A stretch of 64,000 nt of DNA. It comes from Candidatus Hydrogenedentota bacterium. GTDB lineage: Bacteria > Hydrogenedentota > Hydrogenedentia > Hydrogenedentales > SLHB01. Shown in pieces: positions 45,881-54,946 of this stretch. The stretch is from assembly GCA_963674865.2 (NCBI GenBank), contig CAXXYE010000009.1, forward strand, positions 416,001 to 480,000. The letters are read 5' to 3'. Each line of letters starts with the position of its first letter. Position 1 is the first letter of the stretch. Under the pieces are notes generated by a model. It was not told the origin of the DNA. It did no database searches and saw nothing but the letters and a program-made list of their open reading frames with translations. Both the position numbers and the translations under genes were made by a program.

Positions 45881-46759
45881 CTAAGACCAGTTGAGGCAGT
45901 CGAGCAGCTTGTTGAGTGCTTCTTCCGTTGTGCCTGATCGGCCGCATTCCATTGCCACGAATCCGTCGTAGCCGGTGCCGTGGATAGCTTTGAATATGTT
46001 GCGGTAGTTCAGCTCGCCCGTGCCCGGCTCCTTTCTGCCGGGGTTGTCTCCCACATGGAAATGTCCAATCCGGGCGATGTTCTCGGTGATGTTTCTGATG
46101 ATGTTGCCTTCGGTGATCTGTTGGTGGTAGATGTCAAAGCACATCTTGACGTTCGGGCTGTCTACCGCATCGAGAATCATCATCGTCTGGTCGGTTCGTG
46201 TGAGGAAGAATCCCTTGTGATTCACCAGAGGATTGAGGGCCTCCATCACGATTTCGACGTCGTTCTCCTCGGCCAATGGGGCGAGTCGGCGCAGGCATTC
46301 GATAACGTGCGTCGTCTGCTGGTCGTGGGTTGCGTCGATACTCGTGTTTCCGGTGAGTCCGATGAGGCGCCGGCACCTGAGTTGCTTCGCCAGGGCGACG
46401 CGCTCCTTGAACTGTTCCAAGAGCCGGTCATGTTGCGCCGGGTCCACCATCTGGCCGGGCGCGATGGCGCCGACTCCCAGGATGCAGCTCAGTTCGAGTC
46501 CGAGAGCGTCAGCGGCCTGCCGCAAGGCGGGCAGGTCGCCCTTCGGCCCCAGCCATTCATATGCAGGCAGGCCCCAAGACGCTATTTGCTTCAGTTGTTC
46601 CTCGATTGTGCCCTCAAACCAGCTGGGTGGAAGCGAGATCTTCAGGGGAGCGTCGGTGAACGGGCCCGCCGAGGGCCGCTCCTGTCCTCGTGCCATGGGC
46701 GCCAGCGCCACGCTGCCCGCGGCGGCGGCACAGGTGGTCAGGAAATCACGCCGGTCCAT
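45881..46759 (-). CDS. Tat-exported hydroxypyruvate-isomerase-like TIM barrel protein
   Basis: DRRDFL Tat motif, MEALN, FDIYHQQITEGN, DNPGRKEPGTGELNY. Confidence 0.9.
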   Translation of the reverse strand: MDRRDFLTTCAAAAGSVALAPMARGQERPSAGPFTDAPLKISLPPSWFEGTIEEQLKQIASWGLPAYEWLGPKGDLPALRQAADALGLELSCILGVGAIAPGQMVDPAQHDRLLEQFKERVALAKQLRCRRLIGLTGNTSIDATHDQQTTHVIECLRRLAPLAEENDVEIVMEALNPLVNHKGFFLTRTDQTMMILDAVDSPNVKMCFDIYHQQITEGNIIRNITENIARIGHFHVGDNPGRKEPGTGELNYRNIFKAIHGTGYDGFVAMECGRSGTTEEALNKLLDCLNWS

Positions 46760-46781
46760 ATGCTCTTCTTTCCTTTCGTAT

Positions 46782-48056
46782 CTACGCAGACACCGGGACG
46801 GGGATCGGCCCGAGGGGATAGGGCTTGTTGAAATCCCATTTCTTGGGTACCAGGCTCAAATCCGACGCCATGGCCTCATCCCAGGACACCCGCCTTCCCG
46901 TATAGGCCGACATTCGGCCCATGATTGCGGTTAGCGTGCTGTGCGCCACCTGCTCGCCCTCGTTGAGGTACGGCCCGTCCCCTCGGATGCTGTTGACAAG
47001 GTCAATGTGCTCCTGCACGTAGGGATTCTCGTGGTAGCGGGTTTCATCATCGTCCGGCATATCGCGGCATGAGCTGCGCCCCTTGGCGCCGAGGGCGTCT
47101 TCGAAGACGGAGCTGTAGGCTCCGTTCCAGTGTCGCGAGAAGCTGAATACTTGCGCTCCTCTCGCGTAGTGGTAATCGCAGGAGAAATGGTCGTAGAGGT
47201 CGCCGTAGCGCTCTTCGCGAGGCTTCCAGGAGCGTCCTCCAGAGGCGACGACGCTGTCGGGATGATCGTTCAAGACCCAGTTGCAGACGTCGAGGTTGTG
47301 TACGTGCTGCTCGACGATGTTGTCGCCGCATGTCCAGCAGTAGTTGATCCAATTGCGGATCCGGAATTCGAGGTCGCTCCACTCAGGTTGCCGATGCCGG
47401 ACGAAGGGCAATGCGCCGCACCAGTATGCGCGCATGGCAACGACGTCGCCGATGGCGCCGTCGTGAATCTTGCCGATGGTTTGGATGTAGCTTCCCTGAT
47501 GTCGGCGTTGCGTGCCGGCCACCAATGACAGGCCCAGTTCCTTGGCTCGCCGCGCCGCGGCCAGAATGCGCCGCACGCCCACGGGATCAACGGCTACCGG
47601 CTTCTCCGTGAAGATGTGCTTTTTCGCCGCCACCGCGGCCTCGACGTGTTTCGGCCTCGAGTAGGGCAGCGTGCCCTCGATGATGATGTCTATATCCGTC
47701 GCGAGGATCTGTTTGTAGGCATCCCATCCGACGAAGCGCTTTTCCTTGTCAGGGGCGAATTTCGCGACGACGTTTCCCTCTTTCTCTCTTAGTACTTTCT
47801 TGATCTTCTCTTGTGAAGCGTCGAGTTTGTCCTGAAACAGGTCCGCCATGGCAACAAGCTGAACGTTGTTCTCGCTCTCCAGCATGTTGATCGCGGCGCG
47901 GGTGCCGCGGCCACCGCATCCGAGCAGGCCGACCGTCAGCGTGTCGCTATTGGGTTTCCACTTTCGTTTGCCCAATCCTAGCACTGCCAGTCCGGCCACC
48001 GCGCTCGTTTTCCCGAACTCTCGTCTTGACATTCCGGCACGTTGCAAATCGCTCAT
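46782..48056 (-). CDS. Tat-exported Gfo/Idh/MocA oxidoreductase
   Basis: SRREF, GCGGRG, FTEKP, GTQRRH, VEQHVHNLD. GGAGG RBS supports the start at 48056. Confidence 0.92.
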   Translation of the reverse strand: MSDLQRAGMSRREFGKTSAVAGLAVLGLGKRKWKPNSDTLTVGLLGCGGRGTRAAINMLESENNVQLVAMADLFQDKLDASQEKIKKVLREKEGNVVAKFAPDKEKRFVGWDAYKQILATDIDIIIEGTLPYSRPKHVEAAVAAKKHIFTEKPVAVDPVGVRRILAAARRAKELGLSLVAGTQRRHQGSYIQTIGKIHDGAIGDVVAMRAYWCGALPFVRHRQPEWSDLEFRIRNWINYCWTCGDNIVEQHVHNLDVCNWVLNDHPDSVVASGGRSWKPREERYGDLYDHFSCDYHYARGAQVFSFSRHWNGAYSSVFEDALGAKGRSSCRDMPDDDETRYHENPYVQEHIDLVNSIRGDGPYLNEGEQVAHSTLTAIMGRMSAYTGRRVSWDEAMASDLSLVPKKWDFNKPYPLGPIPVPVSA

Positions 48057-48479
48057 AAGAGACCTCCAAGAAAAACGCGTCCTTTGTTGCGAGACGCAGT
48101 ATGCACGCGATAGCGCGCGGGCCGTTTCGAGTAAGCTACCACCTGCTCCGGGGCGATTACAACGCAGATGTCGCCCCTGGCGGGCAGGCGGCCTGTTCTT
48201 GCCATACGTCAAGTCATTGGCGGCAGAAGAAACAGCAAAACGCGTGGCCTGGCGAGAGCCCGGCGACAAAACGTTACGGCGCAAAGCTGTGCGCCAAGCG
48301 TAATCTGGCCCGTATTCATAGGGTCAAACAGCTTTTCGAGCATAGACTTGGTGCTAGATAGAGGCGCCGCACGCTGGCGCGTTCGGTTGCCAATTATGGA
48401 GCAATGAACCGCCGCAGGCCGATGAGGTTGGCTCCCGCTGTGCGGCCTTGAGAGGGGCGGCTTAGATGGCGCCGATCCG

Positions 48480-49394
48480 TTAGAAGCGTTTGGTGCGCAC
48501 GTGGCAATAGGGCTTCTTGCCGGTTCTGGTGTAGTAATCTTGGTGATATTCTTCCGCGGGCCAGAAGCGTCCAGCCTTAACCACTTGCGTCGCGACCTTG
48601 TATCCCTTGTGTTCCAGGAGCCTTATGAGTTTCTTTGCGACCTGTTGCTGCTCTTCGCTGCGATAGAAGATCGCGGAGCGGTACTGATCTCCGATGTCGG
48701 GGCCTTGACGATCTACCTGCGTAGGATCGTGGATCTCGAAGAATAGCCGCGCGAGCGTCTCGTAGGAAACCTTCGACGCGTCGTAGAGCACCTCGACGGC
48801 CTCGGCATGCCCGGTGCCCTTGGCGCAGACCTCTGCGTAGGTGGGGCCGTCCTTCGTTCCGCCTACGTAGCCGACGGTAGTGGACAGCACGCCCGGGACT
48901 TGCTTGAAGTAGTACTCGACGCCCCAGAAGCAGCCGCCCGCGAAGATGGCGCGCTCGACCTTCGCCAATCCCGCGAAATTCAGCGAGAGCGAGTTAACGC
49001 AGTGGCGGGTGTCTTTGCCGGTGAAGCCCTCGCCGCAGAACACGTGTCCCAAGTGTGCGCCGCACTTCGCGCACTGGATCTCGGTGCGTACGCCGTCGGC
49101 GTCGGGCACCTCGGCTACCGCACCTGGGATGGCATCGTCGAAGCTCGGCCAACCGGTTCCCGAGTCGAATTTGGCATCCGAGGAGAACAGGGGCGCGCCG
49201 CAGCGTTTGCAGGTGTAGACGCCTTTTTCGTGATGGTTATGGTATTCCCCGCTGAAGGCGGGTTCCGTGCCTTTGTGCACGATGACGTTCTTCTCCGCGG
49301 GGGTGAGCGAATCGTTGTATTGGCCCATGGCTTGGCCTTTCAGGCTGCATCCAATTATCACCAGAAGAGATGCAATGGTGAGCGTGTTCCGCAT
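48480..49394 (-). CDS. msrAB: Bifunctional methionine sulfoxide reductase MsrB-MsrA, with probable lipoprotein signal
   Basis: MsrB: GTEPAF, GWPSF, HLGHVF, RHCVNS. MsrA: GGCFWG, GHAEAV, HDPT, QYRS, EEYHQDY. N-terminus ...VIIGC. Confidence 0.95.
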   Translation of the reverse strand: MRNTLTIASLLVIIGCSLKGQAMGQYNDSLTPAEKNVIVHKGTEPAFSGEYHNHHEKGVYTCKRCGAPLFSSDAKFDSGTGWPSFDDAIPGAVAEVPDADGVRTEIQCAKCGAHLGHVFCGEGFTGKDTRHCVNSLSLNFAGLAKVERAIFAGGCFWGVEYYFKQVPGVLSTTVGYVGGTKDGPTYAEVCAKGTGHAEAVEVLYDASKVSYETLARLFFEIHDPTQVDRQGPDIGDQYRSAIFYRSEEQQQVAKKLIRLLEHKGYKVATQVVKAGRFWPAEEYHQDYYTRTGKKPYCHVRTKRF

Positions 49395-49645
49395 CTTCCG
49401 GCCCTCCAAGCGGTTTGGCGTTCAAGGCTGCCGCCTCCGCGGGAAGTCCCAGGCCTGATACAGGATGGCTAAACCTGGTGGCGGCCGCGGCCCCTTGCCA
49501 GCTTATCTCCTTTTATCTTAACCGTGGGAACGTACCGCATTCTTCCCGGAGGTTGCCGTGGCCTGGTTCAACCACCGGCTATGCGGCCGCGAGAGAAGTG
49601 CGTTTTGGAGGGAGGGATCTTGTGGTGAGGACGCCCATCCAGAGG

Positions 49646-49677
49646 CAAAGGGAGGCCCCTCATGGGGCCTCCCTTTG
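49646..49677. terminator. Terminator-like hairpin downstream of the 49697-51007 gene
   Basis: caaagggaggcccc-tcat-ggggcctccctttg, a 14-bp perfect stem. Confidence 0.75.
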
Positions 49678-49696
49678 TTTGCCGAATGTAGGTTGG

Positions 49697-51007
49697 CTAC
49701 ACTTTCTCAGGCACGACGAAAGGCTTGCGATACTTGCGTTTTAGAAGCTTGTTGGCTTCGCGGTCGTGGATGAAACGCTCCTCGGAGGGGTCGAACTCGA
49801 GCGAGCGCCCGAGCCGCGCCGAGATGAGGCCGAGGTGGCAAAGGGCCGCTGATTTGTGCCCTTCCTCGATAGGCGCGTTGAGCAGACTTGCATCGCGCGC
49901 CCGGACGGCATTGATGAAGTTCTCCTTGTGGTTCCCGCCTTCGCTCCTTTCCGGGCCGGGCTCCTCTTTTCTGCCGAAGAAGGTTTTGTAGTGCGAGTAG
50001 CTATCGATGACCATGTAGCCTTCGGAGCCGTAGAACAGCACGCCGACCTTGGCGCCCTTTTCGTCGTTGGTACACCAGGGCCTTGTGTCGAAGACGAGCA
50101 TTCGACCCCGCTCCCCGGCGTCGGGATAGTCAAAGGCGCTGGTGATGAGGTTGGGCACTTCCTTGTCATCGTCGAAGAGGTACATGCCTGACATGGAAGT
50201 GACTTTGGAGGGCATGTCAACGCCGAGGCCCCAGCGGGCCACATCCATTTGGTGGACTCCCTGGTTGCCGATGTCGCCGTTGCCGTAGTCCCAGTGGTAG
50301 TGCCAGTTGTAGTGGAATCGGTTGGGATTGAAGGGGCGCTCCGGCGCAGGCCCGAGCCAGGTGTCGTAGTGCACGCCTTCGGGCACGGGGCAATCCTGCT
50401 CCTTCCCAATCGAGCCACGCCATCTGTAGCACAGGCCGCGGGCCATGTAGACCTCACCGATGAGGCCTTCGCGCAGTTTCTGTACGGCTTCTTGAATAGC
50501 AGCGCTGCTGCGGATCTGCGTTCCGTGCTGAACGACACGGTCGTATTTCTTCGCGGCCTCGACGAGCTTTCGGCCTTCGAACATATTGTGCGAGCAAGGC
50601 TTCTCTACGTAAACGTCCTTGCCGGCCTGGCAGGCCCAGATGGCCGCGAGGGAATGCCAATGATTCGGTGTAGCGATAGAAACGGCGTCTATCGAGTCGT
50701 CTTCCATGACGCGCCGGAGATCGGTCTCCACTCTCGGGCGCTTGATTCCTTTGTCGTCGAACAACTCCTTCAGGCGGGACTCGAAGAGATTCTCGTCTAC
50801 GTCGCACATAACGGCGACTTCGACGTTCTCCAATTCGTTGTATCCCCGTATGTGGCCGCGGCCCTGGCCTCTGATGCCCAGCTGAGCGACGCGGACGCGA
50901 TCGTTAGCGCCTGCCCATGCCGTCTGGGAAGTCCCGAGGAGTACCGCTCCGGCTCCGGCGCTCATGGCCGTTTTCTTCACGAAGTCTCTCCGTGTCATGT
51001 CTTCCAT
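49697..51007 (-). CDS. Tat-exported Gfo/Idh/MocA oxidoreductase
   Basis: TRRDFV, GIRGQG, ATPNHWH, DVYVEKP, GNQGVHQMD. Confidence 0.93.
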   Translation of the reverse strand: MEDMTRRDFVKKTAMSAGAGAVLLGTSQTAWAGANDRVRVAQLGIRGQGRGHIRGYNELENVEVAVMCDVDENLFESRLKELFDDKGIKRPRVETDLRRVMEDDSIDAVSIATPNHWHSLAAIWACQAGKDVYVEKPCSHNMFEGRKLVEAAKKYDRVVQHGTQIRSSAAIQEAVQKLREGLIGEVYMARGLCYRWRGSIGKEQDCPVPEGVHYDTWLGPAPERPFNPNRFHYNWHYHWDYGNGDIGNQGVHQMDVARWGLGVDMPSKVTSMSGMYLFDDDKEVPNLITSAFDYPDAGERGRMLVFDTRPWCTNDEKGAKVGVLFYGSEGYMVIDSYSHYKTFFGRKEEPGPERSEGGNHKENFINAVRARDASLLNAPIEEGHKSAALCHLGLISARLGRSLEFDPSEERFIHDREANKLLKRKYRKPFVVPEKV

Positions 51008-51298
51008 GATGATTCCCTCTTCTAGTCCTCAGTGATCCAACCAACCGCCGATGTGAGACATGCATCCTAGCGAATCGTGCGTATTGCCGCAAGGCGCCGC
51101 CGGTTGGGTTATGCGAGGCGACTCGTGTGACGGGATTCCTTCCGGCAGCGCCGGGCGACACGGGAGAGTCAGGCGGCGATTCGGGAGGTCACTGGGTGCG
51201 GGGAAAAGCACGCCGGGCGTGTGGGAGGTAGCTTTCCTTTGCGTCAGGCGTAGAGGAGGACGGGGTGAAACATGAAGGGCGGTGGGGAGGGGTCGCGG

Positions 51299-51751
51299 CT
51301 ATTCGAAAATGGTCTTGAAGTAGTCGGAGTTGTCCAACAGGCTCAACTCGATATTCACGAAGTCATCGAATTCGCGCTGCGTGATGGGGGCCTCGGACTC
51401 CCCGGTGGGTGAGATGGAGGTCGCCGTCACGTCTTCGGACTCGACCTGGGCGATGAGTTCGTCGCTGAAGGGCCTGCCGGATTCTTCGGATCCGGATTCC
51501 GCATTTTCGACGAGCTTTATCACGCGCTTCTCGAGGAAGCCTTGAAGAACGGACAAGAGATGGTCGCATTTCTCTTGAGTGGATCCGGTTTGCATGGTTT
51601 CCTTGTCCAGAGCAAGCGTCCTGCCGGAGAAGACGACAACGAGGCCGTCGCATTGCGGGCAGGGGCCGACGATGATCGCCCCGAGCGCCGGGAGCATTAT
51701 CTGTCCCCGGGCCCCGCAGTGCGGACATTTGACCTCAATTAACGAAATCAT
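51299..51751 (-). CDS. Hypothetical zinc-ribbon protein
   Basis: CPHC and CPQC motifs with an acidic C-terminus. AT-rich promoter-like region upstream. Confidence 0.8.
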   Translation of the reverse strand: MISLIEVKCPHCGARGQIMLPALGAIIVGPCPQCDGLVVVFSGRTLALDKETMQTGSTQEKCDHLLSVLQGFLEKRVIKLVENAESGSEESGRPFSDELIAQVESEDVTATSISPTGESEAPITQREFDDFVNIELSLLDNSDYFKTIFE

Positions 51752-51935
51752 GCGAGTAACCTTTCAGCCCATCGGAATCTCACAGGGATTATAACACCGG
51801 GGTAGGGCCAAAGCAAACAATGCGGGGTTTTATTGTTTCGATGGAATATATATGAATAAGCGGTTTGGTGTAAAGAGATAACCATGGGCACCTCAAGGTT
51901 CGGCAGAAACTAGAGATGCGTATTGAGGCCGTTGG

Positions 51936-52394
51936 TCAGGATTCCGGTGAAGCCCCGGCGACCTTCTCCTTGATGGCCGCCAGGATGGTCTGGGCCAGTT
52001 GGCTCTCCGTCGTCTCTCTGTCGTGCCATCCGGGGTAGGTCAACAGGGTGACGCCATACACCTGGCGGACCGTCTCGACAGTGATGCTGGTTTCCTCGTC
52101 GCCCGTGGGCTCCAGGTTGAGCGTATACTGGACGCGCTGCGGCACGAAGAGCCTGCGCCCGGAGCGGGAGAAGGCCACGAAGGCGCCTCGCTTATCGCGG
52201 GTATAGATGTCGACGTCCATCTCTCGGAGGACGGCCTTGGCAGCTTGCCAGGTATCGTCGAAGGAGGCGTCGACGGTTGCTTCGTCCACGAGGGCAAATC
52301 CCGTGGTGTCACGGGCGGCTCGCGCGCACCCCGCAAGAAGCAGGACGCACAGGACAACTAAAGTAGCGGAAGATAACCGTTTAAGGACGTTCAT
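51936..52394 (-). CDS. Hypothetical lipoprotein
   Basis: MNVLKR...LLAGC lipobox followed by an alpha/beta domain. Confidence 0.8.
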   Translation of the reverse strand: MNVLKRLSSATLVVLCVLLLAGCARAARDTTGFALVDEATVDASFDDTWQAAKAVLREMDVDIYTRDKRGAFVAFSRSGRRLFVPQRVQYTLNLEPTGDEETSITVETVRQVYGVTLLTYPGWHDRETTESQLAQTILAAIKEKVAGASPES

Positions 52395-52508
52395 GGCATC
52401 GCCTATTCTGTGGGGACGTTGGCATTCTAGCATAGGGTTCTACCGCTTTCAAGCCGCTCCTAATCTTGAGCTGAACCGTGTCGCGGCATTGCCGCAACGC
52501 GGACAGGG

Positions 52509-53732
52509 CTATGAGATGAGCACGCTCGCGAAGGAGACGATGCCGCCTACGGGGTCCGGAGCGCGCTCGTAATAGAGTAACTCGGCCTGGGTGGCGCGGC
52601 CGTCGACGGCTTTCATGGCGCTGTAGATGGGCTTGTGTCCGCAGACTTGGCGGGCGTTGCCGTCGCGCATGACCGACTTGTAGAAGGCGTCGGGGTCGAG
52701 GGCAAGCACGTGCGCTAGGTCCTCGTCGTCGCGCGCGTGGACGGCGGTGAGTACCTCGTCGGTGATGTCGATGTCGTCGCCGAAACGCCTTCCCACGTGG
52801 GCCAAGTCGGCGCCCGCGATGACGGTGGCGCCGGTTTCGGCCACGATCTCGCGGCATGTGGCGAGGAACTCGGGGATGCCGGTGATGTTTTGCGGTTCGG
52901 CGACGGCCGCTTCGTCCCCGAAGGCGGCGCAGAGAATGGGCACTATGGACACGTCCGGGCCGTACAGATAGGCGAGCATGAGGGCCTGAAATTCGATAGA
53001 GTGCTCTGTGCGGTGGGCGAACTCGTCGCCGTAGGGGTCCCACGGGCAGGTGTCCGCGAGGCGGGCGACAAGCTCATGATCCGTTTGCAGTGTGCCGAAG
53101 GGAGTATCAAAGCTTTTCTTGGTAAGGATGAATGGCACATCGCCGGCCGCATGGGACACGCCGAAGATGATACAGGTCTTGGGCTTACCGCATTGGGCCA
53201 GGCGAGCATAGCCGTGGGCGTAGGTTCTTCCGCCGCGGGCCAGGTCGATGTGGGGCACCACGAGCCCCGCAGCCGGCGGCCCGCCGCCCGCATCGGGGCG
53301 GGGTCGCTCTCCGGGGCCTCCCTCCATGGTGAAATATCCATCAATTTGCGCCCGAAGTTCTTCAGGTTCTTCGGGATAGGCTGTTCCCGCCAGATGCGCG
53401 GGACGAGTGTCGGCGGCCCGGAATTCGGCTTCGACCTGTTCACGGATCGCCTCGAAACGCTCGGTGGCGAGGAAGCCGCGCTCGTCGAGGTACTCGACGA
53501 CTCTGGTGATGTCTTCGTCGGGGATGGTTTGGCCGGGGAACTGGTTGATGAGGTGGTATTGGATGTCGGCCACATCGTTGCCGCCGTCGAGGAGGGTGGC
53601 GATGAAGAAGGCGGCGGGCGTCAGCAGGGTCGCCTGTTCAATGTATCCCTGGGGGTCTTGGAGGCAGACGTAGCGCTGGCCCTCGTGTTCGACGGGTGAT
53701 ATGTCCAGTGGGCGAAGTGCGGGTAACGGCAT
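52509..53732 (-). CDS. amrB: MEMO1-family protein (AmmeMemoRadiSam system protein B) with N-terminal extension
   Basis: RPAHLAGTAYP, VPHID, GVSH, EHSIEFQ, ADLAHVG, VCG. Confidence 0.88.
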   Translation of the reverse strand: MPLPALRPLDISPVEHEGQRYVCLQDPQGYIEQATLLTPAAFFIATLLDGGNDVADIQYHLINQFPGQTIPDEDITRVVEYLDERGFLATERFEAIREQVEAEFRAADTRPAHLAGTAYPEEPEELRAQIDGYFTMEGGPGERPRPDAGGGPPAAGLVVPHIDLARGGRTYAHGYARLAQCGKPKTCIIFGVSHAAGDVPFILTKKSFDTPFGTLQTDHELVARLADTCPWDPYGDEFAHRTEHSIEFQALMLAYLYGPDVSIVPILCAAFGDEAAVAEPQNITGIPEFLATCREIVAETGATVIAGADLAHVGRRFGDDIDITDEVLTAVHARDDEDLAHVLALDPDAFYKSVMRDGNARQVCGHKPIYSAMKAVDGRATQAELLYYERAPDPVGGIVSFASVLIS

Positions 53733-53905
53733 AGTGGGCACGACTATAGCGGGAAGCCATGCGGGATGCAATTTCCGGCCGGGAGCGCGCTCGAACCTTG
53801 GATGAGCGTTGAATAATCGTGCCCGGCATGCGTCTCATTTCTTGGCGTCGGGGCATGTGTGCCGGATGCCTCGCTGCGGTACTGAAGAATACGGAGGTTG
53901 GCGTT

Positions 53906-54268
53906 ATGGGACGCATCAAGAGGTTGGTAATGCTGCTGGTGATTGCCGGCGTTGCCTTGGCAGGGCCGGGGTGTGCCACCACGAAGGCCCCGGAGGGCGC
54001 TATGCTGGGCGGTGTGATAGGGGCGGCAACCGGCGCCGTAGTGGGCCATCAGACGGGGCATGCCGGCGAGGGAGCGGCGGTGGGCGCAGCGGTGGGCGGC
54101 TTGTCCGGCGGGATCATCGGCAGCCAACTTGAGCGCCCCGCGTCGCCGAATGAGCTCCAAGGGGCGGCGCCTGTCGCCGCTCCCGTTACAGGGCACTATG
54201 AGACGCGGCTTGTACGAAGCGCGACGGGCGAATATTATGAGGAGCGGGTATGGGTACCGGATTACTAG
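53906..54268 (+). CDS. Glycine-zipper lipoprotein
   Basis: GGAGG RBS, signal peptide ending GC, GAMLGGVIGAATGAVVG...GAAVGAAVGGLSGGIIG. Confidence 0.85.
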   Translation: MGRIKRLVMLLVIAGVALAGPGCATTKAPEGAMLGGVIGAATGAVVGHQTGHAGEGAAVGAAVGGLSGGIIGSQLERPASPNELQGAAPVAAPVTGHYETRLVRSATGEYYEERVWVPDY

Positions 54269-54308
54269 CCACGCTCTGCTGCAGGGCGTTACGCGCGGCA
54301 CGGACAGG

Positions 54309-54629
54309 ATGACCTTACAGACAAAATGGCGTATCTATGGCGGCATTGCCATCACCTGCTGCGGCTTCATGGCGTGGTACGGTACAACGCCGGAGATGCT
54401 TCGCCAATCGCCCATTGAGTTGATCCTATACTGGGCGCTGTTCCTGATTTTGTTCGCGGGCGCGGTTTTCATCGCTTTTCTTGATTTGCGTTATGTGCGC
54501 CTACAGCACGCGTTGGAAAAACGCGCGGCGTTTCTCAATACGCTCGGCGACCCGTCTTTTCGCAAGGCCCTTCGAGCGGGTCGGGAAGAGCCATTGCAGC
54601 AGGACGGGGAGGGCGAAGAGCCGGAGTGA
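54309..54629 (+). CDS. Small 2-TM membrane protein
   Basis: Two hydrophobic helices followed by a charged tail. Confidence 0.75.
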   Translation: MTLQTKWRIYGGIAITCCGFMAWYGTTPEMLRQSPIELILYWALFLILFAGAVFIAFLDLRYVRLQHALEKRAAFLNTLGDPSFRKALRAGREEPLQQDGEGEEPE

Positions 54630-54946
54630 CAAGGCCGCTTGAAGGCGCCGTGTGGGCGGCGCCGCGGTGGCCGGGCTGCTCATTGTACCGCGCGTCAAGT
54701 CATTAGAAGCAAAGGCATTGGGAAGATAGCGGCTCAACCTAATGGGTGAGTCTGCTTCAAGAGGTGAAGTCGGCTAGAAGCGCCGATTGCGCGGCGCCAT
54801 AGAGTCGGCCGAACGCGTGTTAAGCAACGGTTAGAATTGAACTTCGAGCGGATGGCCACTAGAATCGCGTTTATCCTGCGGCGGCGATCGGGCGGCTTGC
54901 CTCGACTCGTTTCCGGCGCACTTGGTAGCATTGGAAAGACGGCGCC

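Noticed and set aside
48225..48300. c-di-GMP-I riboswitch-like words (gcaaaac...ggcgcaaagc)
   Set aside because: The GNRA-capped P2 stem and correct spacing are missing, and the orientation is opposite to the downstream gene.
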